DNA from: Hypanus sabinus
Taxonomy: Eukaryota
Direction of reading: 5' to 3'
NCBI RefSeq assembly: GCF_030144855.1
Contig: NC_082712.1
Location: forward strand, 34,472,001-34,536,000
DNA: 64,000 nt
Shown: piece after piece, positions 10,621 to 25,600 of the stretch
How positions within the stretch are numbered: the stretch's first letter is position 1
Layout of the letters: the number at the start of each line of letters is the position of its first letter
The notes under the pieces: model-generated
Seen by the model: only the letters and a program-made list of their open reading frames with translations
Told to the model about the DNA's origin: nothing
Databases searched by the model: none
Translations under genes and position numbers: made by a program

Positions 10621-13600
10621 TTTAACCTTAAAATTTCTTGTACAGGTGAACTTCCCCGTTGTTGACTGCAGAGAGTCCTAGCAAATATGAAAGTGTTACA
10701 ACGCACCCCCTTGTTTTACACCTGTTATTCTTTGTAACTTACTAATAACAAATTTTCCTACTTGCAAATCATTTTCATGACCTCTTTGCTTTGTTCCTCT
10801 CCCCCCCCCCCCCGGTATTTTGTGACAAGTGATCGTACAGTTTAAAAGATGCAGCTTGGAAGTACAGTACTGAGCTCGGTTATTTTTACAGCAACGATTA
10901 CCGGGGCGATAGCAAATTAAGAAGGGGTTGGATTCTGATGTGAGCTCTATCTCTGTAATAGCCCGCAATCATAAGTTATTCTGGGTCCATTGAAATAAGG
11001 AAACTCATCTTGACTGGCAGCTTTTCGGAATCTTCTGCAAATAAGATCCATCACCAATAATGTATAACCAGTTTATAAAATATTCGTCCGGTTCCTAATA
11101 GAACATCATGTAAAAAAATAATGAACTCTATTGTATTGGAAACAGAAAGTGCTGAAAGTAGACATAATTTGTAGCCAGTTCATGATTGAAACTTAACTGA
11201 ACAGATATGGCTCAGAGGTAATATCATTTTCTAACCCCTTCACATATGGTGGCAGGTCGATGACATATTTTGGGGAAAATATCAATGCTATTTGAGGTTG
11301 TAACCCTCACACTAGGTAAGTCCATGTATAAGATCTCAACCAATATCAGAAAGGAGAATTTTTTTTTTTACACAAATTCTCACACAAGGGACAGGCGTTA
11401 TCATTTTAGCAACCTTGGGTAAATGTCCAGTTGGAAACTGTGGACTGAATATTATGAAGATAGTTTGGGAATATATATGTTTCTCTAGAATGGCAACAAC
11501 TGGGCACAACAGTACAGGATTTTGTTTATTTTTGGGGGGATGTGGGCATCACTGGAATAACCAGCACTTACTGCCTTTGAGAAGGTGGTGCTGAGCTGCT
11601 GCCTTGAGTCACTACAGTCGTTCGGGTGAGGATGTTCCCGTAGTGCTGATAGACAGGAGTCCAAGATTCATACCCTATGATGACAAAGGGTCAATAACAT
11701 TTCAAAATTGGGGTGGTGTGAGGCGTGGAGGGGAGCCTGCAGGTAGTGCTGTTAACATCTGCCTGTCTCCCCCCTTGGTTGTCTTAATAGTAGAGGTCAT
11801 GCTACTGGGGGAGCACAACATGCTAGTGCCTCAGTTGTGGAAATGAACATCTAGATGGTGTACGGGGTGCCAATTGAGGAAGTTGCTCTGTCCTGGGTGG
11901 CATCAAGTGACCGGGATTTTGTTGGAGCCACAATTATCTGGCAAAGTGGAGAGTATGTAATCATTCTCATAATTGTGCCTTATAGAGTGTGAAAAGGCTT
12001 TGTGGTGTTAGGAGGTGAGTCACTCGCCTCAGGATACTCAGTCTCTGACCCACTCTTGTAGCTACTGTTGTAAGTGGCTGGTTTAGTTGAACTTCAGGAT
12101 CTGTTGCTGGGGCAATGGAAATGACACTGAATTGAAAGAGTATGGGTTTTGACTCTCTTTTTGGAGCTGATCATTGCTCAGCCCTACCTTAAAGTTCATT
12201 CAGTCCTGCTGCAGGCAGGGAGGCTTTGTTTACTGAGGGATTGGCAATGGAAATGAATGTGGTACAATCCTCAGGAATTGTCATACTTGTATGTCACACT
12301 ATAGACCTAGTAACGGAAGGAAGATAATTGATTAACCAGTTGAATATGCTTGAGTTTAGTTCCTCCACACCGTCTGCTATGGAAGGGCTACTACACAGGA
12401 CCGAAAGAAGCTGCAGAAGGTTGTAAATCTAGACAGCTTCATCTTGGGCACGAGCCTGCAAAGTACGCAGGACATCTTTAGGGAGCGGTGTGTCAGAAAG
12501 GCAGCGTCCATTATTAAGGTCCTCCAGCACCCAGGGCATGCCTTTTCTCACTGTCACCATCAGGTAGGAGATACAGAAGCCTGAAGGCACACACTCAGCA
12601 ATTCAGGAACAGCTTTTTCCCCTCTGCTATCTAGTTCCTAACTGGACATTGAAGCTTTGAACACTACCTCACTTTTTTAATATACAGTATTTCTGTTTTT
12701 GCACATTTAAAAAACCTATTCAATATATGTAATTGATTTAATTGTTTCTTTACTATGTTTTATAATTTTTTTTCTCTGCTAGATTACCTATTGCATTGAA
12801 CTGCTGCTGCTAAATTAACAAATTTCACATCACATGCTGGTGATAATAAACCTGATTCTGATTCTCTTGAATGGTTCTGGGACTGAGGTGGTTGATTTCC
12901 CAAAGCCACTTTCATTTGCGTGATATATGAATCTAACCGTTGCAACCTATTTTGTCCTGTAGCCCATTGGCTTCGGCATTAACAAGCTCCTTGATGCAAC
13001 ACTCAATCAGATGTTGCTTTGATTGTCCAGGGCAGTTACTCCTGTAGAATTTAGTTTGCGAGTTCATGTTGGAACCAATGCTCTGGAGAGAGATGAACCA
13101 GTGAAACACAACTTGGACAACAGTGATGGGGTTTTTCATGCTGTTTGATTCTAAAGATATATTTATACCCTAAAGCTTCACTTAATTGGGAATGAGATGC
13201 CAATTTTTCAGGTTTTCATAACTTTGGAGCTAATTTTGTTCCTCTGAGATCATTGATTTGCAATTATGAAGCAGCAAAATTCAAGTGATCAGGTGCAAGA
13301 AAAGACGGGACAGAAAGGGAGGGTAATGTAGCAGGATTCTCTTTTGAGTCAGTATGGGTGGAAGTCAGGAACAGGAAGGGAGCAGTTACTCCATTGGGAG
13401 TATTCTATAGGCCCCCTGGTAGCAGCAGAGATACTGAGGAGCAGATTGGGAGGCAGATTTTGGAAAGGTGCAAAAATAACAGGGTTGTTATCATGGGTGA
13501 TTTTAACTTCCCTAATGCTGATTGGCACTTGATTAGTTCCAATGGTTTAGATGGGGCAGAGTTTAAGTGTCCAAGATGGATTCCTGTCACAGTACATTGA

Positions 13601-16600
13601 CAGGCCGACTAAGGGGAATGCCAAACTAGATCTAATATTAGGTAACGAACTGGGTCAGGTCACAGATCTCTCAGTGGGTGAGCATCTGGGGGACAGTGAT
13701 CACCACTTCCTGGCCTTTAGCATTATCATGGAAAAGGATAGTCAGAGAGGACGGAAATTTTTAATTGGGGAAGGGCAAATTATGAGGCTATAAGGTTATA
13801 ACTTGTGGGTGTGAATTGGGATGATGTTTTTGCAGGGAAATGTACTATGGGCATGTGGTCGACGTTTAGGGATCCCTTGCAGGATATTAGGGATAAATTT
13901 GTTCCAGTGAGGAAGATAAAGAATGGTAGGGTGAAAGAACCATGGGTGACAAGTGAGGTGGAAAATCTAGTCAGGTGGAAGAAGGCAGCATACATGAGAT
14001 TTAGGAAGCAAGGATCAGATGGGTCTATTGAGGAATATAGGGTAGCAAGAAAGGAGCTTAAGAAGGGGCTGAGAAGAGCAAGAACAGGGCATGAGAAGGC
14101 CTTGGCGAGTAGGGTAAAGGAAAACCCCAAGGCATTCTTCTTTTATGTGAATAACAAAAGGATGACAGGAGTGAAGGTAGGACTGATTAGACATAAAGGT
14201 GTGACGATGTACCTGGAGGCTGTGGAAGTGAGTGAGGTCCTCAATGAATACACCTCTTTGGTATTCACCAATGAGAAGGAACTTGATGATGGTGAGGACA
14301 ATATGAGTGAGGTTGATGCTCTGGAGCATGTTGATATTAAGGGAGAGGAGGTGTTGGAGTTAAAATACATTAGGACGGATAAGTCCCTGGAGTCTGACGG
14401 AATATTCCCCAGACTGCTCCACAAGGCGAGGGAAGAGATTGCTGAGCCTCTGGCTAGGACAGTCATGTCCTCGTTGTCCACGGGAATGGTACCGGGATGT
14501 TGTCCCCTTGTTCAAAATGGATAGTAGGGATAGTTCGGGTAATTATAGACCAGTGAGCCTTTCGTCTGTGGTGGGAAAGCTGTTGGAAAAGATTCTTAGA
14601 GGTAGGATCTATGGGCATTTAGAGAATCATGGTCTGATCAGGAACAGTCAGCATGGCTTTGTGAAGGGCAGATTGTGTCTAACAAGCCTGAAAGAGTTCT
14701 TTGAGGAGGTCACCAGGCATATAGATGAGGGTAGTGCAGTGGATGTGATCTACATGGATTTTAGTAAGGCATTTGACAAGGTTCCACACAGCAGGCTTAT
14801 TCAGAAAGTCAGAAGGCATGGGATCCAGGGAGGTTTGGCCTGGTGGATTCAGAATTGACTTGCCTGCAGAAGGCAGAAGGTCATGGTGGAGGGAGTACAT
14901 TCAGACTGGAGGGTTGTGACTAGTGGTGTCCCACAAGGATCTGTTCTGGGACCTCTAATTTTTGTGATTTTTATTAATGACCTGGATGTGGGGGTAGAAG
15001 GGTGGGTTGGCAAGTTTGCAGACGACAAAGGTTGGTGGTGTTGTAGATAGTGTAGAGGTTTGTCGAAGGTTGCAGAGACACATTGATAGGATGCAGAAGT
15101 GGGCTGAGAAGTGGCAGATGGAGTTCAACCCGGTGAAGTGTGAGGTGGTACACTTTGGAAGGACAAACTCCAAGGCAGAGTACAAAGTAAATGGCAGGAT
15201 ACTTGGTAGTGTGGAGGAGCAGAGGGATCTGGGGGTACATGTCCACAGATCCCTGAAAGTTGCCTCACAGGTAGATAGGGTAGTTAAGAAAGCTTATGGG
15301 GTGTTAGCTTTCATAAGTCGAGGGATAGAGTTTAAGAGTTGCGAGGTAATGATGCAGCTCTATAAAACTCTAGTTAGGCCACACTTGGAGTACTGTGTCC
15401 AGTTCCAGTCGCCTTACTGTAGGAAGGATGTGGAACCATTGGAAAGGGTACAGAGGAGATTTACCAGGATGCTGCCTGGTTTAGCGAGTATGGATTATGA
15501 TCAGAGATTAAGGGAGCTAGGGCTTCTCTCTTTGGAGAGAAGGAGGATGAGAGGAGACATGATAGAGGTGTACAAGATATTAAGAGGAATAGACAGTGGA
15601 CAGCCAGCGCCTCTTCCCCAGGGCACCACTGCTCAGTACAAGAGGACATGGCTTTAAGGTAAGGGGAGGGAAGTTCAAGGGGGATATTAGAGGAAGGTTT
15701 TTCACTTAGTGGTTGGTGTGTGGAATGCACTGCCTGACTCAGTGGTAGAGGCAGATACACTAGTGAAGTTTAAGAGACTACTAGACAGGTATGTGGAGGA
15801 ATTTAAGGTGGGGGGTTATATGGGAGGCAGGGTTAGAGGGTCAGCACAACATTGTGGGCTGAAGGGCCTGTAATTGGCGATACTATTCTAAGTTCAAACA
15901 ACTGTGTCTTTCATTCTGTATTTCCTTACATCAGAAGTTATTGTGTAATGTACAACTGGAAATGTAATAAACATGGCTTTAAAGTAAAATTTAAGAAGTC
16001 AAATAAATTAAAACTGTTAATTGGTGCTCCGTGCAGTTAGAAAACTTGCCAGAACTGAAGGTGGCCAAACTACTTGAGATTGTTCAAAATGCTGATAGCC
16101 ACGTATTCAAGTCATTTTGCCGAGTTCTTGGTGAGATGGGATACTGGTACCTAGCGCAGAGTCTTCAAACTGCCTCTGAAGAGAAAAAATGGACATCTTC
16201 TACAGGTAAACAACAAGATGAAGTGAACTGGATTCTTCAAATTTTGGTGTGACTAAAATTCAAAAATAATTTGTCCTAATAATCTTTTTAAGTCTTATAA
16301 TTGTTTTCCTAAACAGAATATGCCTTGCATCAGTGAATTTTAATTTACAATTATTTTGGGTATGTTTTATTTTTATAAATCCTTTTTACTGTTTTTCAGG
16401 ATAAGATCAACAAACCATAAATACAACTTTAACTATAAAAATTCTTCTTTCTGTCCACTGCACCACTTAATCTGTGTTTGTTATTTTGGATAAGTTTTCA
16501 ATGCCAGTGGATAATTAAAATCAAGTTGGCAAGATTCAACACACCTACATAGTTGATGTTAAGGTTTTTTAAAAACTTAAAATCACACGGTCTTCATGTC

Positions 16601-19600
16601 TTTATAAATAAAATTCAAGGAGTTAGCCTACTTTTGAACAATATTAACCTAATTCCTTTCTTATCACATGTCTGTACTCTCAACATTTTTTGTTTCCATT
16701 TTGAATAGGAAGGTAATTGAAGTTTACAAACCATTAGCACCTCAACAATTGTTTCTGTAAATAAAAAAAAAAATTGGCAGACTTGCACAAAATGGCAGGC
16801 TTCCACTTGATTTAAGCAGCTCCTCTGCCTGCCTGAACTTCTCTCCTTGTTTTGCTCTAAGTTTTTTTTTAATTTGTAAGCTACATCACCTATCCAACAT
16901 TCTATCAATTTTCTTTTGTCCGTGTGGAATCAAGGTGCCTCCAAGTCAACACAGCTGACAGTGAGAGACTGGAACTTAGTGAAGCTCCATCATCCAATCC
17001 TTGAGCCAGGTAGGTTTAGAAATTTATATTGTTGGACTCAACAGTGAACCTTGAGACTGTAAGTTGCGTAGGAGTAGGATCTGCCTGAAAGTGAGGTTGG
17101 AACTGCTTTTCCTTAAGTGTTGGGTTGGGGTCATTGAGGCAAACCTGAGAAGTTAGTTCTGCCTGAGTGACAGCTGGCTGTATTAAGTCATAGGTAGTGT
17201 CCAATAGCCTCATCTTAGAATGGAGGAAGGTGCTACGTTTTAGGCCAAAAAGCTATTATGAAAATGCTCATGAAGAGGACATGGCATATAATCTTGAAAG
17301 GATACTGACTAGAATGTTAAACCTGATCTTTTCCACTTTATACCAGGAAAAAGTAAGTAATTTACAAACCTTGTATTAGAAGTAGAAATTATATTGGTCA
17401 ACAATGTAAATAGTAAGACTGCATCTGTAGTGGGTTAAACAATAGTCAGAAAAGTAAAAATTAATATACTTTTACATTTAATGTCTGATTTTTAAATAAG
17501 CTGATATGCAAAGACACCTGAAGTTATGAATGACCTGACTTACAGAAATACAAATTCTGCAAATTTTCCTAGATTTTTAAAGCATTTTTCAAGCTAGTAA
17601 TAATAATGATAAAATATTCCTCAATTCATTAATGACAGAATATATATTCCATTTGTTTAACTGTGAGTAGTATAGCAAGTGTAAATAATAACAATATGGG
17701 TTCCCATAGAAAACTAATCTTTCTAATTTACAGAAAAATGGCTTGAGGACAATTCTCATGAATGAAACCCATACATGATCTGGTGACTGTATTGGATTTG
17801 TGCCTACATTTCTAGATTTGAAATTTCTATTTAATAAAATTATAAGCTTCTGATGCTCCTTTTGTATGATCATTAACAAAAAATAAATATATATTGGAAG
17901 CGTATAATTTTATGAAAGTTTATACTATGATACAATTGGAGGCTGTTTAGCCCAAGCCCAATAAGGAAATGGCATCAATTTCACTCCTCCTCGTAATTCT
18001 TTGTAATCAATTCTTTGTCCCAACAATTCCACTCCTCCCCTCTTGGTTCTCCTGCTACCACCTGCATGAGGGATAATGTATAGAAGCTAGCTAACTTGCC
18101 ATTCTGCTTGTGGGATGTGGGAGGAGGGGAAATCCAGGGAGAATGCTGAGGGGGGGGGGGAAATGTTGACCGATAATTATTTTATTTACATTATTTCTCC
18201 ACAACTATTTGCACGCGAGTTTGCTAACTTTATATTAAATATTTAATTTTACCTTGTAGAACATATGTCTATATACGATAAGCAGCGCTTGAAAGAAAAC
18301 TTTCTGCTTTCCAAAGAAGCTAATAAAAATCTAAAGGAAGACAACCTGGAGTTGGGTCAAAAAGTGATACTTATGAGGGAAGAATATTTACAAAGGTAAA
18401 TCAGAAATATGTTATTTTCAAAATATTGAAGTACACAAGTAGTAGTGCTGATGATGGGGCAGTTAGTATACAAGAAATGTAGTGAGATTGTGAGGAAGAA
18501 CAGGCAGCTGATAGGGAATAATTGCAGTCAGTGGGATGAGTTGAAGTGTAACATGGCACAAACTCGGAGTGAGAATACAGGACTACAAGTGTTATATTTG
18601 AATGCACGCCATATACAGAATATGATTATCTTGAAGAGATTTGCAGGTATGACATTGTGCGCATCACTGAGACATGGCTAAAAAGATCATATTTGGGCAT
18701 TTAACATCCAAGGACACACTGTGGCTCTGTTGGTAAAGACAATGAAATCAAATCCTTAGAAAGAGGTGACATAGGATCAGAAGATTCTAACCTTGTGGGT
18801 AGAGTTAAGAAACTGCAAGGGCAAAACAACTCTGATGGGAATTGTATACAGAACCCCAAACAGTAGCCAGAATGTGGGATACAAATTTCAACATGAAATA
18901 GAAAAGGCATGTAATAAGGGCAATGTTATGACTGTCATGGGGGATTTCAATATGCATGTAGATTAGGAAAATTAGGTTGGTGCTGGATACCAAAAGAGGG
19001 AATTTATAGAATTCCTACAGGATTTTTTTTTTTTTTTTTGGAACAGCTTGTGTTTGAGCCCACTAGGGGAAAGGCCATTCAGGATTTTGTATTGTGTAAT
19101 GAACCAGATTTGGTTAGGGAGTTTAAGGTAAAGGGATCCTTAGGAGACATTGATAATAATATGATAGAATTCATCCTGCAGTTTGAGGGAGAGAAGGTAA
19201 AGTTAGATATATTAATATTACAGTGAAGTAAAGGACTTTAGAGGCATGAGAGAGGGTATAGCCAAAGTTGATTGGCAGGGATGATGGCAGAACAGTATTG
19301 GCTGGAGCTACTGGTGGTAATTTAGAAAGCTCAGATAGATACTATACGCCCCAAGGATGAAGTATTCTAAAGGGGTGATGAGGCAACTGTGGCTAACAAG
19401 GGAAGACAAAGACAACATAAAAGAAAGAGAGGGCATATAATAAAGCAAAAACTAGTGGGAAGTTAGAGGATTAGGAAGCTTTTAAAATCCAACAGAAAGC
19501 AAGTAAAAGACTATAAGGAGAGAAAAAGTAAAATATGAAGGTAAATGGCCAAAAATATTAAAGAGGATAACTAAAGTTTTTTTTAGATAGACCATAAGTA

Positions 19601-22600
19601 ACAGAAAGATGAATGGATATTAAACTACTGGAAAATCATACTGGAGTGATGGTAATGATGGACAAAGAAATGGCCGACTAACTTTGTCAGTCTTCACTGT
19701 GAAAGACACTAGCAGAACACCAGAAATTCTAGAGTGTCAGGAGGCAAAAGTGGGTGTATTTGCTATTACTAAGGAGAAGGTACTTGGGAAGCTGAAAGGT
19801 CTAAAGGTAGGTAAGCCACATGGACCAGATGGACTACACTCCAGATTTCTGAGATGGATAACTGAAGAGATTGTGGAGGCATTAGTAATGATCCTTCAAG
19901 AATCACTAGATTCTGATATGGTTCTGGAGGACTGGAAATTTGCAAAAGTCACTCCACTCTTTAAGAAGGGAGGGAGGTGGAAAAAAAAGGAAAACAATAG
20001 GCCAAGTTGGCCTGACCTCAGTGGTTGGGAAGATGTTGGAATCCATTATTAAGGATGAAGTTTCAGGATACTTGGAGGCACATGATAAAATGGGCCAAAT
20101 ATAGTATAGTTTCCTTAAAGGAAAATCTTGCCTGACAAATCTGTTGGAATTCTTTGAGGAAAAAAGAGGCAGGATAGACAAAGAAAAGTTGGTGGATATT
20201 TTTTACTTGGACTTTCAGAAGGCTTTTGACAAGATGCTGCACAGGAGACTGCTTAACAAGTTAAGAGCCTATGGTGGTACAGGAAAGATACTATCATGGA
20301 CAGAAGGTTGGCTGACTGGCAGGATACAAGGAGTCGGAACAAGGTGGGGGGCCTGTTCTGGTTGACTGCTGGTGACAGGTGGTATTCTGCGGGGGTCGGT
20401 ATTGGAACCACTTCATGTTATACTGTTTGTCAATGACTTGGATGATGGAATTGATGGCTTTGTGGCCATGTTTGCAGATGACACAAAGATGCATGGAGGG
20501 GCAGGTAGCTTTGAGGAAGCAGGGAGTCTACAGAAGGACTTGGACATATTTGGAGAATAGGCTAGGAAGTAGCAGATGGAACATAGTGTAGAAAGGTGTA
20601 TAGTCATGCACTTTGGTAGAAGGAATAAAGGTATAGAGTATTTTCTAAATGGGGAGAAAATTTAAAAAACAGATGCAAAGGAACGGGAGTCCTTTTGCAG
20701 GATTCTCTATAGGATAACTTGCTGGTTGAGTCAGTAGTGAGGAAGAAAATTGCAATGTTAGCATTCATTTCGAGAGGACTAGAATACAAGATAAGGATGT
20801 GATGCTGAGGTTTTATAATGCTTGGTCAGACTGCACTTGGAGTATTGTAAGCAGTTTTGGGCCACATACCTAAGAAAACATGTGTTGCCATTAGGTCCAG
20901 AGGAAAATGATTCTGAAAATGAAAGAGTTAAGACTGAGAAGTGCTTGATGACTCTGGGCCTGTACTCACTGGAATTTAGAAGAATGAGAGGGGTCCCATT
21001 GAAGCCTATTAAATATTGAAAGGCCTAGACAGTAGATGAGGAGAGCATGTTTCCTATAGTGGATGAGTATAGGACCAGAAGGCACAGTCTCAATAGAGGG
21101 CCATCCATTTTGAACAGAGATGAGAGGAATTTCTTTAGCCAGAGGCTGGTGAATCTGTGGAACTAAATGCTCCAGACAATTGTGGAGGCCAAGTCAATGA
21201 GTATATTTAAAGGAGAGGTTGAAAGGTTCTTGGCTAGTTGGGGAGTCAAAGGCAGGAGAATGGGGTTGAGAAGGGTAATAAATCACCCATGGTGGAATAG
21301 CAGAGCAGACCCAATGGGCAGAGTAGTCTAATTCTGCTGCTATATCTAATGGTCTAAGTTTAATGACATGAGCTAGAAGGTACAAGCAGATGGTCCCTCT
21401 CTCACCCACTCACCCACCAACCAGGTCAGGCAGCATCTATGGAAAAGAATAACGATTCAACACTTGAATGGATGCTACCTAACCTGCTCCAGTGTTTTGT
21501 TCCTCCAGATCTTCAGTATCTGCAGATTCTTTTATGTTTATGAAGCAGATGGAGTAAATGTGGGAAAATAAGGCAATTCAAAGTGATAATGGAAACAGAA
21601 GAAATATATAAAAGATAAAGCTAATAAAGAGCTGTGGTGGAGAGGATCTTGGCATGCTGGTCATGAAATGCAGGAAGTAAATATGTTGCTATCTCATGCA
21701 ACTAGGAAGGCAAATTGTATGTTAATCTTCATTGTAGGTAGAATAGGAACACTAATGTACAGTAATCTTGCTGAGATTGTACAGGCTCTCTAAGATCTCT
21801 TTGGAAGAAATGTATGTAATTTTTATCACTGCATTCAAAGAAAGATTTGCATGCTTTGAAAACAGTGCAGCTTAGGCTCGTCAGACCTAAGATGGAGCTA
21901 CCTAATGAAGAGAGATTCAAATTGACCCGCACTCACTGAAGTAAGTCATTGACATTGTGAATGGCAGACCACTCTGCAAACACTATTTTACTGACTCCTA
22001 TCTGTTTCTTGAGTCCTTATAAATGCACTCATGCTATACTGCATTTTTACACTCAATGTTATTCTTTCCAGTTTTCAACAATGGTGAGTTTGCATTGCAG
22101 TGCTAAATATCGCAGCAAATTGAAAATGGAAGACCACAATCCAGATATACAGTACTTCCCAGTTCTGGAGCAACATCAACAGAGATTTACAGACAATAGT
22201 AATAATTATAAGAGCAGAGAAATAGGTCATTTGGCCTAACATGGCCATGCCGCTGTTTTTGCCCACCTACACTAATATAATTTGCCTCTTTTAGGCAAAT
22301 CTATGTCCTACCTAGCTATTTTCCAATGAAAATGCTTAATAAACATAGATATTCTGTCTCATTCCACTGCCATATCCTCTGGCACTACTTTCAAGTTATT
22401 AACAACTTTCTGTGGGGGGAGAAAAAACTTGCCCCTCACATCTTTAAAATTCCTTCCTCATGTTAAGTCTATGCCACCTTTTTTTTATGGTCCCTATATA
22501 TATGCCTTGTAATTTTATATACTATCAGGTCATCCCCTGGCCTCCTTCACTGAAGGGAAAACAAACCCAGCCTATCTAAAATTCCCCATTACTGAGCCCC

Positions 22601-25600
22601 CCAGTTTCTGCTGACATTCTGGTGAACCTCTTCTGCACTCTGTCTAGTTTGTCACATCTTTTCTACAGTGCAGCAATCAGAACTGCATACAATACACCAA
22701 GTGCAGCCTAACCAGTGTTTTGCAGAAATGCAACATAGCTTCATAACTCTTGTATTCTTTGTCCTATCCTGTGAAGGCAGGCATGCCTTATGCCTTCATT
22801 GACCTCTCGACCAGTATTGCTGCTTTCAGGGAAACATGGACTTGGAGCTGCAGGCATCTCATCAACATTTCTTGGTTCACTACCATTTATTGTATGTGTC
22901 CCATCATAATATGATTTCTCAAAATGCATTACCTTATGCTTGTTAGGATTAAATTCCATCTGCCAATACTCTATAAACTTTTCATCAGATCTGTATGCTG
23001 CTACAGCCTTAAACTACCTTCCTCACTCTCCCGAACAACACTAATGTCAATTTAAAATTGTTCCCAATGAAGCCCAGGATGTCTTGCATCTATTTTATTT
23101 AACTAGGCAATGTGTCTATGACGAAAGGTTTGCCCAATAAATTATTCAAATTGGATTGCAATTCTACATATTTCAAATGTCCTGGTTAATTCGGTGGTTG
23201 CCTAACTGATCCAATACGTAGCCCAGGGAAAATTTGTGGCTCTGCTGACTATGCTGCAAAATTAAACCAATTCACACGTGGCTTATATCCCTCTCTGCCT
23301 GTCTCAATATCCCTTAGACATTGCTATCATATCTGCTTCCCTCAGTTCCCCTGGCAGTGCATTCTAGACACTAATCACCTGGTGGTTAAAAATAAATCTT
23401 GCTTTGCAAGTCTTTAAACATTTCCCCTTCTCACCTGACTGGAGTTCTGTGACCATTCAGCCCACTGCACTGCCATTCTATTATGGCTTATTTATTATCC
23501 CTCTCAATCCTATTCTCCTACCTTCTCTCCACAACCTTTGACACCCTTGCTAATCAAGAAACTACCAACTTTTGCCTTAAGGACTTGGCTGTCATAGCTG
23601 TCTGTACAGCAATGAATTCCACAGGTTCACTATGTTCTGGCTAAAGAAGCTCCTTCCTATCTCTGTGTTAAAGGGACATGTTGGTATTCTGTCCTCTCTA
23701 TGCAGGCCTTTCAATAAGAACTCCCTTATTCTTCTAAACTCCAGTGAATATAGGCTTAGAGCCATCAAACGATTCTCATACGATTGATGGTGGGACCTCT
23801 GCTTGTGATATATACTGTATCTGATTTGATTGAAAACATAGATCAGTGGGTTAGTAACTTTGAAACAAAGATTGCTGGAGTTGTAGCGTGTAATAGGCTG
23901 TCAAAGGGTACTGCAGAATATGGGCAGAAAAATGGCAGATGTAGTTTAATCTGAGCAAGTGTGAGGTGTTGCACTTTGGGAGGTGTATTTAATAGTAGTA
24001 CCCTTAGGAGCTTTGTACAGGAGGATCTTGGCATTCCAGTCCATAACTCGCTGAATGTGGCCATGTAAGTAGATGGGGTGGTAAACAAGACATATGACCT
24101 GCTTTCTTTGCCACTTTCATTGGTCAGAACTTTGAGTATGATTCAGGAATTCATATTGCAGCTATATAAAACTTTGGTCAGGCCCACTTGTAGTATTGTG
24201 TGCAATTCTGGTCACCCCATAAAGGAAGGATATTGGGGTTTTGGAAAAGTACCAAAAAAAAGGTTTATCAGGATGCTACCTAGATTAGAAAGTATGAGCT
24301 ACATGGACAGGTTGGACAAACTTTGGTTGTTTTCTCTGGAGTGTTGGTGACTGAAGGAGACCTTATAGAAATGTATAAAATTATGAGGGGCATAGATAGT
24401 TAAATCTGTTTCCCACAGCAAAAATGTAACAGAGGATATGTATTTAAGGTGAGAGGCTTAAAGGGGACGTGCGGGCAAGTTTATTACACAGAATAGTATG
24501 TGCCAGGAATGGGCTGCCAGGGATAGTGATGAAAGCAGGTATGATAGCAGAATTGAAGAAGCTTTTAGAAGCATGAATAGGCAGAAAATAGAGAGATTAG
24601 AATCCCATACATGGCAGAAGAGGCATTGTTTGGTGCAGACATTGTGTTGTACTATTCTATGTTCTATAATTCAAGTTCTCTAGTCTTGGCAACATCTTTG
24701 TGGATGATTTCTGCACATATCATATCATTCCTATATTGTAACCAAGACTGCATACAATTTTCGAGGTGCAGTCCCACAAGTCTTTTACAGCTGGAATATG
24801 ATCCCATTATAATGACATTGAATGTGAAGTTGTTGTTATGGCATCTCTCACCAGGTGTTCTGTCTCTCTCTTATACACTGACTCATCGTCACTGTATTCA
24901 ATACCTCATTCAATGGGGACATGTGCCATATGTCATCTTTTCCAACGTGTCTGTCTATGCCACCATTTTAAGGGAACTATGCACCTGTACTGCTAAATCA
25001 TTCTGTTGAACAACATTCTCAGGCTGTCATTCACTGTATATCCTGACATCATTTAACATCCCAAATCAAATCACTTCACACTTGCCTGAGTTAAACTCCA
25101 CCTGCCCCTCCTTTCCTACTTGATCTAAATCTTGTTGTAACCATAGACAATTTCCTTTCTGTCCACTATACCACCAATTTTGGATATCATCTACAAACTT
25201 ACTAATCAGGCCACCTACTCATCCAAATCATTAATGTGTAACAAATGACAGTGACCTAGCATGACAGTGAAGTACAACACTGGAAAATCAACCAATGGCT
25301 CTCCACCACCACCTTCTGACTCTTTCCACCAAGCCAATTCTGTATCCAGTTAGCTAGCTCACCCAGTGATCTCACCTTTTGGAACAGTCTACCATGTCTG
25401 TCCTTCTCAAAAGCCTTACTACATTCCGTATAGATATCTACCATCCTGCCTTAGTCAATCCTTAAGGTTACTGACCTCTTCAAAAAACAAATGAGAGAAT
25501 TTCCCACAAACAAAATCATGCTGTTTATTCCTAATCACCATGGTAGAGTAGTAGTTAGCACAACAGTTTACAATACTAGCAACCCAGCTTCAATTTCTGC

